From the NCBI GenBank assembly GCA_031263085.1, contig JAISGM010000003.1, positions 90,154-154,153 on the forward strand: DNA of 64,000 nucleotides. Direction: 5' to 3'. Of this stretch, positions 11,761 to 22,578 are shown in pieces; within the stretch, counting starts at the first letter, position 1, and every line of letters begins with the position of its first letter. The DNA comes from Coxiellaceae bacterium (lineage in GTDB: Bacteria > Pseudomonadota > Gammaproteobacteria > UBA9339). The notes beneath the pieces are model-generated. The model was not told the origin of the DNA. It searched no databases and saw only the letters and a list, made by a program, of their open reading frames with translations. The position numbers were made by a program, and so were the translations under genes.

Positions 11761-14700
11761 TTAACTATCTTTATCTGATTTATTTTTAAGATTCGCTAAA
11801 GCAAGAGCTACATCAATATCAACTGTTACAATTCTTGATACCCCTGATTCTTGCATCGTAACCCCAATTAATTGGGAAGCAATTTCCATAGTCAGCTTAT
11901 TATGAGTAACAAAAATAAATTGTACGCTTGTAGCCATTTCTTTAATTAAGTTACAAAAACGTGAAACGTTAATTTCATCTAGCGGTGCATCAACTTCATC
12001 AAGAATACAAAATGGCGCCGGATTTAAATGGAAAATAGAAAAAATTAGAGCTATTGCTGTCAAGGCTTTTTCACCACCTGATAAAAGATGAATACTAGAA
12101 TTTCTCTTACCAGGGGGGCGCACCATAATAGATATACCAGACACTAAATTATCTATTGTTTGCTCTAAATATGCTTTACCGCCGTTAAAAATTTTAGGAA
12201 ATAACTCTTGAAATTTTAAATTGATTTTATCATAAGCTTCCTTAAATTGAACTTTAGTATCGTAATCGATTTTTTGAATAACTCCCTCTAAAGAATTCAA
12301 AGCTTTCTCTAAATCTCGATTTTGAGAATTTAGATAATTTCTTCGTTCATTAAGTTTATTAAATTCATCAATAGCAGTGAGATTAATTAATCCTAAATTT
12401 TCGATAAATGAAGTAAGATTTATCAATTTATCTTCCAAAATTTGAATTACCTCATTTTCAGGCAAGGTAATATTTACTTCGTCCAATTTTAATCCTAATT
12501 CTGTAACTTGCTCTAAATAAGTATCACTCTTAACCTGCAATTTAGCACATTCTGTATGAATATTTTCTAAAGAGACTCTGATTCTTTCATTAACTCCTCT
12601 GGAGTCTATCTGTTGCTGCTCTAAATTATGCAACTCTTGTTCTATATTTATAATCTTATGTTTAATTTCAGATAAAATATTCTCAACTTCTAGACGATGT
12701 TTCGATTCTAATTGAAGATTCTCATTCAAATTAACAAATGGTTTACCGATATCTTCTAAAGATTTCATAATAATAAGTTGTTGCTCTTTTAAATCAGATA
12801 AACGATTATTATCTCGCTCTAAATTCTGAATTAAATGGTCTAATTGGTTTTCAAGCAACTTAAGATGCAAGGTAAAATTAGTTACTTTCTCTTGAGTTTT
12901 TTGAGTAACTTTTTGTACTTCTCCTAAAACTTTTTGTACTTCATCTTGTTTATGAGACAATTTTTGGAGTTTAAGTTTATACGAAGCTTGTTGTTTAATG
13001 GCATCGTCTTTCTTTATTAGAGAAGCAGATAATTGCCCTTGCAAGGCTATTAAGACATTATCTTTACTAGCAATTTCCTGTTCCAACACTAAGGAACGCC
13101 TCTCGATATACTGTAGGTTAATTTTTTTAGCTATAATTTGACTTTGAATATTACTATATTCTGCTAACGCCTTGTGTAGGCTCTGTTGTAGATTACTATG
13201 CTCTTCCTCCAAAATAACTAAAACATTTTGTTGATCGGTTAATTTTTGTTTCTCTTTAGCGCAAATGCTTTGTGCTTCAATAATATTATTATTAAGTTCT
13301 TGAAGTTCCTTTTCGCGCTGCAAAATTCCAATCTTAGGATTTGTATCATAGGTAATACGTATCCAATTTTGACCAAACCAAATACCACTTCTAGTGATGA
13401 CAGATTCTCTGCAATTAAGCTGCGATTTAATATTTAAAGCTTCATCGATATCTTCGGCAACATAAATACCTGATAACAAATTACTAATTGGTAACTGAGA
13501 ATTTATTTTACTGACCAAAGTAATAAGATCACTGCGCTCCTTATATTGCGATTGTGGTAACCTATCAAATAAAATTAAATTAATATGAATTGAATCCTTA
13601 ATTACCGGAATAATACTATCTATATCTTCAACACAAACCGCCTCAAGATAAACTCCAAGCACGATTTCTACTGCAATTTCCCAACCAACAACTACTCGTA
13701 ATTTTTGAGCTAATCTGGGTTTTTGCTCGAGATTATGGCGCCTCAACCAATCAGTTAAAAGGGGATTACTCTTTCCTAATGCCGTTTGTTGTAATGCTTC
13801 TAAAGAGGATTTACGGCCAATTAAAACTTGTAACTTACTTTGTGATTGATCAAGAATGTTTACCAATTTAACCATTACTTCTCTGGTTGAAACAATTTGT
13901 TGCTTTTTCTCCATTAAATTTTTCTGTAATCTCTCCTGATTAACCTGAGCATCTTTTAATAAATTATTAATATCCGTAATACTTGTATTTAATTCTTGGA
14001 AATTAAGTTCAGTTAATTCAATTTTGAATTTTTTTATATCAGAAACAATATTAGCGATACTTGATTGGAGATGGGTAATTTTTGTTTCTTCAATCTGAAG
14101 ATCCTGTGATACTGTAGAATTATTAAGATTAAGTTCATTATAACTCTTTTGTTGTATCTTTACTTGCTCTTCTACACGATACAAACTTTGTTTAGTTTGT
14201 GACAAAACTAACTCAGAATCTTTAAGTTCTAAAGCAATCTTAGATTTTTCTTGTGACAGCAATTTAAATTGATCTTTATTTGATGATTGCTGTTGAAGTA
14301 TTTCTTGTTCAATTTGATTAGCTTGAGTTAAATCTATTGATAATTGCTCTTGCCGCTCATTAGCATATTTGATTTGTTGCTCGAAACAAGTAATATTTGT
14401 ACAAATTTGATAATAATTCTCCTGAGTATCATTAAGCTTTGATATATAATTATTATATTCTTCGCGTAAAGCGATAATTCTTTCATCTAAAACATGAAGT
14501 TCGTTAGTTTTATTAACAAATACAGCCTTGTCTTTAGTGATGATTATTTTATTTTCATAAATTCTTTTATTAACTTCGCGCCAATGTAAAACAAGCAACT
14601 CTGCCCTAGTTAAGCGCTCTTCTTGTTTTAATTTTTGGTATTTTTCAGCAGTATTAGCTTGCAATTTTAAATGTTTAAGCTGTTTATCAATTTCTTCTAA

Positions 14701-15291
14701 GACATCATTAAGTCTAAATAAATTTTCTTTTGTATGCTTTATGCGGTTTTCTGTTTCACGACGCCGTTCCTTATATTTAGAAACACCAGCAGCTTCTTCA
14801 ATAAATGTTCGTAAATCATCTGACTTCGCTTCAATAAACTTAGAAATTGTTCCCTGCTCGATAATGGCATAGCTATCTAACCCTAGTCCAGTACCAAGAA
14901 AAATATTAGTAATATCCTTGCGACGACATGGAATATTATTTAAAGAATATTCTGAACATCCGTCGCGATTAATTTTACGACGAATTGCAATTTCATTATA
15001 AGACGCATATTCTCCACCAAAACTTGCATCGTTATTATCAAAAATCAGTTCTACCTCTGCTTGACCAGCAGGCTTTCGTGTTGAAGATCCATTAAAAATA
15101 ACGTCACTCATCAATTCGCCACGTAACTGCTTAGCTGAAATTTCTCCCATCACCCAACGTATAGCATCTGTAATATTAGATTTACCGCAACCATTAGGCC
15201 CAACTATTCCAATTAAATTACTTTGTAAATACAATGAGGTAGAATCTATAAATGATTTAAACCCGGATAATTTTATTTTTCTTAATTTCAT
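11761..15291 (-). CDS. smc: chromosome segregation protein SMC
   Basis: Walker A GPNGCGKSN, long coiled coils with a central hinge, signature LSGGEKALTAIAL, Walker B CILDEVDAPLD. 1176 aa. Confidence 0.95.
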   Translation of the reverse strand: MKLRKIKLSGFKSFIDSTSLYLQSNLIGIVGPNGCGKSNITDAIRWVMGEISAKQLRGELMSDVIFNGSSTRKPAGQAEVELIFDNNDASFGGEYASYNEIAIRRKINRDGCSEYSLNNIPCRRKDITNIFLGTGLGLDSYAIIEQGTISKFIEAKSDDLRTFIEEAAGVSKYKERRRETENRIKHTKENLFRLNDVLEEIDKQLKHLKLQANTAEKYQKLKQEERLTRAELLVLHWREVNKRIYENKIIITKDKAVFVNKTNELHVLDERIIALREEYNNYISKLNDTQENYYQICTNITCFEQQIKYANERQEQLSIDLTQANQIEQEILQQQSSNKDQFKLLSQEKSKIALELKDSELVLSQTKQSLYRVEEQVKIQQKSYNELNLNNSTVSQDLQIEETKITHLQSSIANIVSDIKKFKIELTELNFQELNTSITDINNLLKDAQVNQERLQKNLMEKKQQIVSTREVMVKLVNILDQSQSKLQVLIGRKSSLEALQQTALGKSNPLLTDWLRRHNLEQKPRLAQKLRVVVGWEIAVEIVLGVYLEAVCVEDIDSIIPVIKDSIHINLILFDRLPQSQYKERSDLITLVSKINSQLPISNLLSGIYVAEDIDEALNIKSQLNCRESVITRSGIWFGQNWIRITYDTNPKIGILQREKELQELNNNIIEAQSICAKEKQKLTDQQNVLVILEEEHSNLQQSLHKALAEYSNIQSQIIAKKINLQYIERRSLVLEQEIASKDNVLIALQGQLSASLIKKDDAIKQQASYKLKLQKLSHKQDEVQKVLGEVQKVTQKTQEKVTNFTLHLKLLENQLDHLIQNLERDNNRLSDLKEQQLIIMKSLEDIGKPFVNLNENLQLESKHRLEVENILSEIKHKIINIEQELHNLEQQQIDSRGVNERIRVSLENIHTECAKLQVKSDTYLEQVTELGLKLDEVNITLPENEVIQILEDKLINLTSFIENLGLINLTAIDEFNKLNERRNYLNSQNRDLEKALNSLEGVIQKIDYDTKVQFKEAYDKINLKFQELFPKIFNGGKAYLEQTIDNLVSGISIMVRPPGKRNSSIHLLSGGEKALTAIALIFSIFHLNPAPFCILDEVDAPLDEINVSRFCNLIKEMATSVQFIFVTHNKLTMEIASQLIGVTMQESGVSRIVTVDIDVALALANLKNKSDKDS

Positions 15292-15425
15292 AAGTTTCGG
15301 AATATTAAAACAAATGTACGATATAAAATAGCAGTTTCCAAAAAAAATAGAAATTTATTGTATAAAAATAAACAATTATTTAATGAAAAATCTATTTATT
15401 TTAATTAATATATATTAATTTTTTA

Positions 15426-15498
15426 GGGGCTGTAGCTCAGCTGGAAGAGCGCCGCGTTCGCAACGCGGAGGTCGGGAGTTCGATTCTCCTCAGCTCCA
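15426..15498 (+). tRNA. tRNA-Ala (anticodon CGC)
   Basis: Acceptor GGGGCTG/CAGCTCC with the G3:U70 alanine identity pair. Anticodon stem-loop CCGCG-TT-CGC-AA-CGCGG. T-arm GGGAGTTCGATTCTCCT. No CCA is encoded. Confidence 0.9.
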
Positions 15499-15690
15499 TT
15501 ATTATTAATAAAACTATAAGTTTGACTCGCAGATAATTAGATTGTAAAAAACAAACTCTTTACAAAAATTAAAGTATAGTTAATAGTAGTTATTAACTAA
15601 CATTCACAAGAATTACTATAACAGAATTTGGTTTATCTCTAACTTCTGCTTCTTCAGAGTGGTAATTGGAAGAATTTTTTGAAACTGATT

Positions 15691-15720
15691 TTGTTAAAAA
15701 GAACATATTCTCGATATAGT
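15691..15720 (+). promoter_or_regulatory. possible sigma70-type promoter for tRNA-Arg
   Basis: TTGTTA - 18 nt - TATAGT, ending about 32 nt before the tRNA 5' end. Such matches are frequent by chance in AT-rich DNA. Confidence 0.25.
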
Positions 15721-15752
15721 ACACTAATGACTTGTCAATTAGATCAGAGATC

Positions 15753-15829
15753 GTCCCGGTGGCACAGCTGGATAGCGCAGCCCCCTCCTAAGGGGCAGGT
15801 CGGAGGTTCAAATCCTCTCCGGGACGCCA
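15753..15829 (+). tRNA. tRNA-Arg (anticodon CCT)
   Basis: Acceptor GTCCCGG/CCGGGAC, anticodon stem-loop GCCCC-CT-CCT-AA-GGGGC, T-arm GGAGGTTCAAATCCTCT. CCA is encoded. Confidence 0.9.
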
Positions 15830-15970
15830 ACATCAGTCATCTATTTTTTGAAAGTTTAATATTGAGCTTTAATACTCAGCAAAAAATTTAACTAAATTGT
15901 AGATCTGAAAGTTAAATTATTTCTACTAGATCCTAATAAATTAAAGATTAAGGTAGCGTACAAATTGACT

Positions 15971-15999
15971 TTGATAATTTAAGCAGTTACGATTAGTAT
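15971..15999 (+). promoter_or_regulatory. possible sigma70-type promoter for tRNA-Asn
   Basis: TTGATA - 17 nt - TAGTAT, ending 12 nt before the tRNA 5' end. Confidence 0.3.
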
Positions 16000-16011
16000 G
16001 GGTGTTTGTAT

Positions 16012-16086
<75 letters not shown>

Positions 16087-16464
16087 ATAAAATAGATATT
16101 GACATTAGAGGATAGTAGACGATTTAGGTAAAACTTGCGAACATTACTAATACATAATGTTGTTAATGAAAATCGTAGATCTCAAACAAAATCTACTTCG
16201 TTAATTTATTCATTTTGATAAGACACATAGATGGTTTATAGTAATAGTAATTGAAATTAGAGACTATGGGAGTTAAAAACTCTAAATTAATTTTTATTTC
16301 TGATGACAACATTACATATTTAATATTTTGGAATAAACAAACGGAAAATTATAGTACAGGGCAAGCTTAATTGACGCTTATAAAATTACTACGTATATTA
16401 CGTAAAATCATTATCGGGAAAATCCAATACAATTCAAATTCACAATGTTAGTATTACGAGTAGT

Positions 16465-16992
16465 ATGCATATTAAAATTAGATATGTAATTATTACAACA
16501 TCTTTATTATTAACTTGGCAATCACTGGCATTTGGAGCTACGGGTATCTATACTACGATTGCCAGTGGTTGGACTAGTGTTGCCGGATTACCCGCCATCA
16601 ATTTTGGAACTGGATATTTACACGATTTCAATAAGATATTTGGTATTGGTTTTGAAACTTGCTACCTTAACACAGGTAAGCGAACGAACATAAAAACTAC
16701 CGCGATAGAGTTTTTATTTATTGCTGCGATCCATGATAATTTTATAAAACCAGAAAAACTAGACTTGGCTATGAAGATTGGCGGTAGTAGAAGTAGCACT
16801 AAAATTGATGATTATAAAAATAACAGAATTCAACCAGTAATTGGCGTGGATGTTTGTTACAATTTTACTCCTCATCTTGCTGCTCTCATAAAATACGCTC
16901 ATTATTTTAATAATGGTTGTCATTCAATTGAAAATCAAAAGTGTCAAAGCATCAACACAGCCACATGGGGAATACGAATAACTTTTTGGTAA
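16465..16992 (+). CDS. small outer-membrane beta-barrel protein (OmpX/OmpW/opacity-like, about 8 strands)
   Basis: Signal peptide ending SLAFGA. Alternating hydrophobic beta-strand pattern. C-terminal GIRITFW, the aromatic terminal residue typical of OMPs. Confidence 0.55.
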   Translation: MHIKIRYVIITTSLLLTWQSLAFGATGIYTTIASGWTSVAGLPAINFGTGYLHDFNKIFGIGFETCYLNTGKRTNIKTTAIEFLFIAAIHDNFIKPEKLDLAMKIGGSRSSTKIDDYKNNRIQPVIGVDVCYNFTPHLAALIKYAHYFNNGCHSIENQKCQSINTATWGIRITFW

Positions 16993-17314
16993 GCTAAGAT
17001 GTATTTCATCACTTAATACATATAAGTATTCCACTTAACTGTTTTTATAAAATCATTCTACTTTTGCTTTAATCCATTTTAACTTTACTAAAAAAATTGA
17101 TGTAAAGAGTGATTGTAAATTTTATAGTAAATTCCTTATTAAAAAGATATAAAATAAGTTGAATAATATTTGTTTAATAATCAAATTGATTGTCATAAAA
17201 CAAAGATGATTTGCTAAGATCGATGATGCATGATACGTTGAATGAAAATTGAAATTTTTGAGAGTGTTAAACTACTTTAACATAATTAATTTACCTAATT
17301 ATAATATTAAAATT

Positions 17315-18382
17315 ATGCTATATTATAACCTGCTAACATTTGTTTTGAGTATATCAATTTCAGTTATCTCCGCAACAAATGCATTTGGAATGCAAGAAAC
17401 TATCTCATTATACGCAGTTGAAATGCCAGTAGCAAACAATAGCGAAATAGAACTCAAAAGAATTTTTCCCAAAGCATTAAAAGATATTTTAATTCGCATC
17501 AGTCATGACTCTAAAATTGATACTTTATCTGAAGTTAAAAAAGCACTTAATAATCCTGACATTTATGTCAGACAATTTAAATATTTTGACCAAGATGACT
17601 GTGAATATATACAAATAATTTTCGATGAGAAATCTATTTTTCAACTTCTTCAAAGAGTATCCAAAATTAATGAACCACAAATACCAGCAACTTTAATTTG
17701 GTTTACTAAGAATATACATAATAAATTTATAACAGAAAGAAAAAATAGAGATGAATTAACAGCATTAGCCGAAAAACAATCAATAAAAATAGGCCTACCT
17801 ATTGTACTTCCTTCGTGGGATTTAGAAGACGCAAAGCAGATCAACACGAATGATATTTGTTATTTTAATTCATCTAAGATTAGAGCTGCGTCTCATCGTT
17901 ACAAAACTTCTTCTATTGCTGTGGGTTGTTTAAAGCCTGTTATCTTTAATGATGCTTGGTCTAGTGTTTGGATGTTATTACAAAATGGTAGAAGTCAGTA
18001 TTTTAGCATCAATGGTACAAATATTAACGAAGTAATTGCTGGGGCTTTTAAAAAAATAGCCAATAGTATTGCAATTACTGATACTGATATCGCGATAAAT
18101 CATCGAAATAATAAATCTAAATTAATAATACGAATCATTGATGTTAATGGATTAGATGGTTACAATGAAGTAGTGAATTATTTATATTCTTTAAATAAAA
18201 ATGCTATCACGCAAATTGACTTAATAACTGTTAATACAGCATATATTGAATTGGCTGTTCAGATTTTTGGTGGCAAAGAAACCTTGTTGAAGATTATTCA
18301 AACACAACATAGATTAATACCGAATTTAAATATTAATAACTCACTACCAAAAGTAGATTTAAATTATAAATGGGTTATTTGA
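17315..18382 (+). CDS. DUF2066-family periplasmic protein
   Basis: Signal-like N-terminus MLYYNLLTFVLSISISVISATNAFG. LYAVEMPVANNSEIELKRIFPKALKDILIRIS resembles the DUF2066 N-terminus. It sits directly upstream of hda, as I recall for other Gammaproteobacteria. The track start 17249 is TTG. Confidence 0.5.
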   Translation: MLYYNLLTFVLSISISVISATNAFGMQETISLYAVEMPVANNSEIELKRIFPKALKDILIRISHDSKIDTLSEVKKALNNPDIYVRQFKYFDQDDCEYIQIIFDEKSIFQLLQRVSKINEPQIPATLIWFTKNIHNKFITERKNRDELTALAEKQSIKIGLPIVLPSWDLEDAKQINTNDICYFNSSKIRAASHRYKTSSIAVGCLKPVIFNDAWSSVWMLLQNGRSQYFSINGTNINEVIAGAFKKIANSIAITDTDIAINHRNNKSKLIIRIIDVNGLDGYNEVVNYLYSLNKNAITQIDLITVNTAYIELAVQIFGGKETLLKIIQTQHRLIPNLNINNSLPKVDLNYKWVI

Positions 18383-18385
18383 ATT

Positions 18386-19081
18386 ATGGAATTAAAACAA
18401 CTAGCTTTTAATTTAAGCATCAAAGATCCGGCAAGTTTCAATAATTTTTTTGTTGGTAGTAATATACAATTGATTACAACACTAAATAACCTCTATCTCG
18501 ATGTCGATCCATGCTGTATATATCTCTGGGGAAAAGAAAGTTCTGGAAAAAGTCACTTATTAGGGGCGCTATGTCAATTATTCAATGAACATGATTTATC
18601 AGCAGCCTATTTACCACTTGAAGACGCATATCAATTTACCGTAAACATTCTTGATGATTTTAATGATATTGATATTTTTTGTATTGATGATTTGCATTTG
18701 ATAGCGGGCAATTTAAAATGGGAGGAAAAGATCTTCTATTCTGTTAATAATATCTTAACTCATAATAAAAAAATAGTAATCACTGCCAATACCTCTCCTC
18801 AAGCTCTACAGATTAAATTATTGGATTTAAAATCACGATTACTAGGAAATATGATTTTTGAATTGCACGCGTTAAGTGATGAAGAAAAGATAATTAGTTT
18901 AAAACTACGCGCTAAATCCAGAGGATTAGAACTAACTGATGGTGTTGCTAGTTTTTTATTGAATCACTACAAACGTGATGCTCATAGTTTATTCGACAGT
19001 CTCAATAAATTAGATATTGCATCACTTAAAGCACAAAGAAAATTGACTATACCATTCGTTAAAGATATTCTACTGAAATGA
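18386..19081 (+). CDS. hda: DnaA regulatory inactivator Hda
   Basis: AAA+ Walker A GKESSGKSHLL, Walker B FCIDDLH. About 230 aa with a DnaA domain-III-like layout. Confidence 0.85.
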   Translation: MELKQLAFNLSIKDPASFNNFFVGSNIQLITTLNNLYLDVDPCCIYLWGKESSGKSHLLGALCQLFNEHDLSAAYLPLEDAYQFTVNILDDFNDIDIFCIDDLHLIAGNLKWEEKIFYSVNNILTHNKKIVITANTSPQALQIKLLDLKSRLLGNMIFELHALSDEEKIISLKLRAKSRGLELTDGVASFLLNHYKRDAHSLFDSLNKLDIASLKAQRKLTIPFVKDILLK

Positions 19082-20484
19082 TAAAACAAATCAATACTAT
19101 ATCAGATTTACTTAATGGACAAGCTGCTTTAAATTCTACTATAAAAATTACTGGTTGGGTACGGACTCGTCGAGATTCAAAAACCGGAATATCATTCATT
19201 GACTTAAGTGATGGCTCTTGTTTAAAACCACTTCAAATAGTAGCAGATAATTCTTTATTTAATTATCAAACTGAAATATTACGAATAACAACTGGATGTT
19301 CTATTATGGCAATAGGAAAATTAATACAATCTTCTGGAAATGGCCAATTAATAGAATTGCATGCTGAAAAAATCGAAATTATAGGATGGATTGAAAATCC
19401 CAACACCTACCCCATAACACCAAAATACCACACACTTGAATATCTGCGAGAATACGCACATCTACGACCTCGCACTAATATAATTAGTGCAATTACTCGA
19501 ATAAGACATCATTTATCTATGGCCATTCATCGCTTTTTTCATGAGCGAGGATTTTATTGGATTCATACACCAATCATTACTTCTAGCGATTGCGAAGGAG
19601 CTGGACAAATGTTACGAGTTACTACTCTAGATTTAACTAGATCACATCTACAACACGATGGTAATATTGATTTTTCTGACGATTTTTTCAATCATGAAGC
19701 TTTTTTAACTGTATCTGGTCAATTAAATGCAGAAGCTTATTGCGAAGCTTTGACTAAAGTTTATACTTTTGGACCAACTTTCCGTGCAGAAAATTCCAAT
19801 ACCAGTAGACATCTAGCGGAATTTTGGATGGTAGAACCTGAGGTAGCTTTTGCTGATCTTAATGATAACTCGAGCCTAGCAGTTGAAATGATTTACTATC
19901 TAGTTAATGTGATACTTAAAGAATGTAAAGTAGATATCTTGTTTTTTGTAGATAAAATTGCAAATAATTGCATTGATCGTTTAGAAAAATTGATTGATAG
20001 TAAATTTATTTATATGGAATATGGAGAAGCTATTAAATACCTAGAGAAATCTAAGAAAAAATTTAAATTCCCTATTAAATGGGGGCTAGATTTACAATCA
20101 GAACACGAACGTTATTTAACCGAAGATTTGATTCACGGACCGGTTATACTAATAAATTATCCTAAAGAAATAAAGAGTTTTTACATGCGAATTAATGACG
20201 ATAATAAAACTGTTGCTGCTATGGATATTCTACTTCCGGGAGTTGGAGAAATTATTGGTGGCAGTCAACGCGAGGAACGATTTGATGTGTTATCGACACG
20301 TATGGATGAGTTAGGTTTAAATAAAAAAAATTATCAATGGTACTTGGATTTACGTCGCTATGGAACAGTGCCGCATGCTGGTTTTGGTTTAGGCCTTGAA
20401 CGAATGCTGATGTATATTACTGGAATTAGGAATATTCGTGATACCATTCCATTTCCACGTACCGTGAAGTGTATCAATTACTAA
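19078..20484 (+). CDS. asnS: asparagine--tRNA ligase
   Basis: Class IIb motifs FRAENSNTSRHLAEFWMVEPE and GFGLGLERM. N-terminal OB fold. 468 aa. ATGA overlap with hda. Confidence 0.95.
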   Translation: MIKQINTISDLLNGQAALNSTIKITGWVRTRRDSKTGISFIDLSDGSCLKPLQIVADNSLFNYQTEILRITTGCSIMAIGKLIQSSGNGQLIELHAEKIEIIGWIENPNTYPITPKYHTLEYLREYAHLRPRTNIISAITRIRHHLSMAIHRFFHERGFYWIHTPIITSSDCEGAGQMLRVTTLDLTRSHLQHDGNIDFSDDFFNHEAFLTVSGQLNAEAYCEALTKVYTFGPTFRAENSNTSRHLAEFWMVEPEVAFADLNDNSSLAVEMIYYLVNVILKECKVDILFFVDKIANNCIDRLEKLIDSKFIYMEYGEAIKYLEKSKKKFKFPIKWGLDLQSEHERYLTEDLIHGPVILINYPKEIKSFYMRINDDNKTVAAMDILLPGVGEIIGGSQREERFDVLSTRMDELGLNKKNYQWYLDLRRYGTVPHAGFGLGLERMLMYITGIRNIRDTIPFPRTVKCINY

Positions 20485-20491
20485 AATAGAT

Positions 20492-21400
20492 ATGAAGAAT
20501 ATCATAATAATATTATTAGTTTTTTGGTCAAATTTAATTTATGGATTAACTTTCGATTTACCTAAAAATGGCAATAATTTGATTGGTGAACCTATAATTG
20601 CCAAAGTGATATATAATGAAGATTTTTCTGATATTGCATCACGTTTTGGCGTCGGTTATTATGAAGTACTCGAAGCTAATCCCGGAATCGATCCGGATGA
20701 ACCTCCGACTGATATAGTGTTAATTATTCCTACTCAATATATTTTGCCACGAGAATTAACTGAGAAGAAAAATATTATCGTGGTTAACATAGCTGAAATG
20801 CGTCTTTACTATCAACAGGAAAACAAAATTTACATATATCCAGTTGGGGTGGGCAGAAAGGGTTGGGATACCCCGCTCGGAATAATGACTGTAGTACGAA
20901 AAGTAAAAAATCCTACATGGCATGTCCCTGATTCTATATATAAATTTAGACAGACTATGGGACTTAAAGTTAATAAAATTGTTCCTCCAGGTCCAGATAA
21001 TCCATTAGGTAAACATGCACTCTATTTATCGGTAGAGGGGAATATGATTCATGGTACCAATACCAACTACGGGATCGGAAAAAGAAGCAGTGCTGGTTGT
21101 CTTCGTTTATATGAAAATGATATAGCAGAGTTATATAATTTGGTTACTATAGGAACCAAGGTTGTTATAATAAATAGACCGTATAAAGCAGATTGGATTG
21201 ATGGTAAATTGTATTTAGAAGCTCATATGCCACTTTCCGAACAACGTCTTAAACTAGATAATGATACAAAACCAGCACTTGATATTGTAACAAAAATCGC
21301 AAATACTCACAACGTGGTTGTAGATTGGCAAAAAGTAGATATGGTTACCAAAGAACATCTTGTTGTGCCAAGAGTAGTATCTTTAGAATCCAATGGCTGA
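20492..21400 (+). CDS. L,D-transpeptidase (YkuD/ErfK family) with an N-terminal LysM-like segment
   Basis: Signal peptide. DFSDIASRFGVGYYEVLEANPGI. Catalytic HGTN...SAGCLRL. Confidence 0.85.
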   Translation: MKNIIIILLVFWSNLIYGLTFDLPKNGNNLIGEPIIAKVIYNEDFSDIASRFGVGYYEVLEANPGIDPDEPPTDIVLIIPTQYILPRELTEKKNIIVVNIAEMRLYYQQENKIYIYPVGVGRKGWDTPLGIMTVVRKVKNPTWHVPDSIYKFRQTMGLKVNKIVPPGPDNPLGKHALYLSVEGNMIHGTNTNYGIGKRSSAGCLRLYENDIAELYNLVTIGTKVVIINRPYKADWIDGKLYLEAHMPLSEQRLKLDNDTKPALDIVTKIANTHNVVVDWQKVDMVTKEHLVVPRVVSLESNG

Positions 21401-21431
21401 CCATGTCATAAAGTTTTATCTATGAGAGAAT

Positions 21432-22331
21432 ATGACAAATGAAATTACAAAAGCAGTTTTTCCAGTAGCTGGTCTTGGTACTAGATTTTTACCTGTAACA
21501 AAAGCAAATCCTAAGGAGATGCTACCTATTGTTGATAAACCACTTATTCAGTATGCAGTAGAAGAAGCAGTTAATGCCGGTATTAGACAATTAATTTTTG
21601 TTACTAGTTCCAGTAAACATGCGATTGAAAATCATTTTGATTCTAATTTTGAATTAGAGTTTAAATTAGCTGAAATTGGAAAAAATAAATGGCTTGAAAT
21701 CGTGCGTAATGTTTTACCTGAAGGAGTTTCTTGTGTATACGTAAGACAACCGAATCCATTAGGTTTAGGACATGCAATATTATGCGTCAAAGAAATTATT
21801 GGCAAAGAACCGTTTGCCGTTTTACTTGCTGATGATTTAATCGATAACAATAAAAATTATACATGTTTACGACAAATGTTGAATGTTTTTGATAAAGTTA
21901 AAAAAAGTATTTTAGCTGTACAGCCTGTACTGTTATCAGAAACTGAGAAGTATGGCATTGTCGGTCTTGACGAGACTAAATTAAAATTAGGAGAATATAC
22001 GAAAATCACAAAAATTGTTGAAAAACCTCATCATAGAAGTGCCCCCTCTCGATTTGCATCCATTGGTAGATATATTCTAACTCCAGATATTTTTTCTTGT
22101 CTTGAAAAGATCATAAAAAAAAGTGTCGGAGAAATTCAACTTGCTGATGGTATTGATAAGTTATTGATAAATCAAGATGTATATGGTTATAGATTTTACG
22201 GTAAACGCTATGATTGTGGTAGTAAATTAGGTTATTTAGAAGCTACTGTAGAATACGGTATGAAACATCATGAAGTTGGACAAAATTTTATAAAATATTT
22301 AACAAATTTAACTAAGACACACAAATTCTAA
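21432..22331 (+). CDS. galU: UTP--glucose-1-phosphate uridylyltransferase GalU
   Basis: KAVFPVAGLGTRFLPVTKANPKEMLPIVDKPLIQY. 299 aa. Confidence 0.95.
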   Translation: MTNEITKAVFPVAGLGTRFLPVTKANPKEMLPIVDKPLIQYAVEEAVNAGIRQLIFVTSSSKHAIENHFDSNFELEFKLAEIGKNKWLEIVRNVLPEGVSCVYVRQPNPLGLGHAILCVKEIIGKEPFAVLLADDLIDNNKNYTCLRQMLNVFDKVKKSILAVQPVLLSETEKYGIVGLDETKLKLGEYTKITKIVEKPHHRSAPSRFASIGRYILTPDIFSCLEKIIKKSVGEIQLADGIDKLLINQDVYGYRFYGKRYDCGSKLGYLEATVEYGMKHHEVGQNFIKYLTNLTKTHKF

Positions 22332-22578
22332 TTTGAATAAACTTAAAGTATTAGATAAATGTAGATGATTACATGATAAAAACAATTTACTTTGAATTGA
22401 AACAATTTATAATTATAATGAAGTAGATGATGCTTTGTATATCTATATGTCTTTGGTTTGCATTTAATGTTGCGCGAGGATAGAATTAACGTATACTCTG
22501 CGCTCGACTCAATTGGCATAAATACCAAAACATTCAGGAAATTTAATCCAAACGATACAGTGTTTAATGGAAAAATAA

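Noticed and set aside
12907-12942. 21-nt near-duplication in smc (AACTTTTTGTACTTC twice, encoding EVQKV..EVQKV)
   Set aside because: It is a single heptad-scale duplication inside the coiled coil. It is in frame and functionally trivial.
15679-15891. 70-aa ORF from the track
   Set aside because: It is a TTG-started frame that runs straight through the tRNA-Arg(CCT) gene (15753..15829). Its 'protein' is tRNA sequence, so it is spurious.
16087-17248. Possible genomic islet integrated at tRNA-Asn (OMP gene flanked by AT-rich spacers)
   Set aside because: There is no integrase and no direct repeat of the tRNA-Asn 3' end downstream. Only one small OMP gene lies there, which is insufficient evidence.
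22343-22528. 61-aa minus-strand ORF in the galU-EamA spacer
   Set aside because: It is very AT-rich with an odd composition (Y/I/K/L/F-rich), no RBS and no recognisable family. It is most likely a chance ORF.
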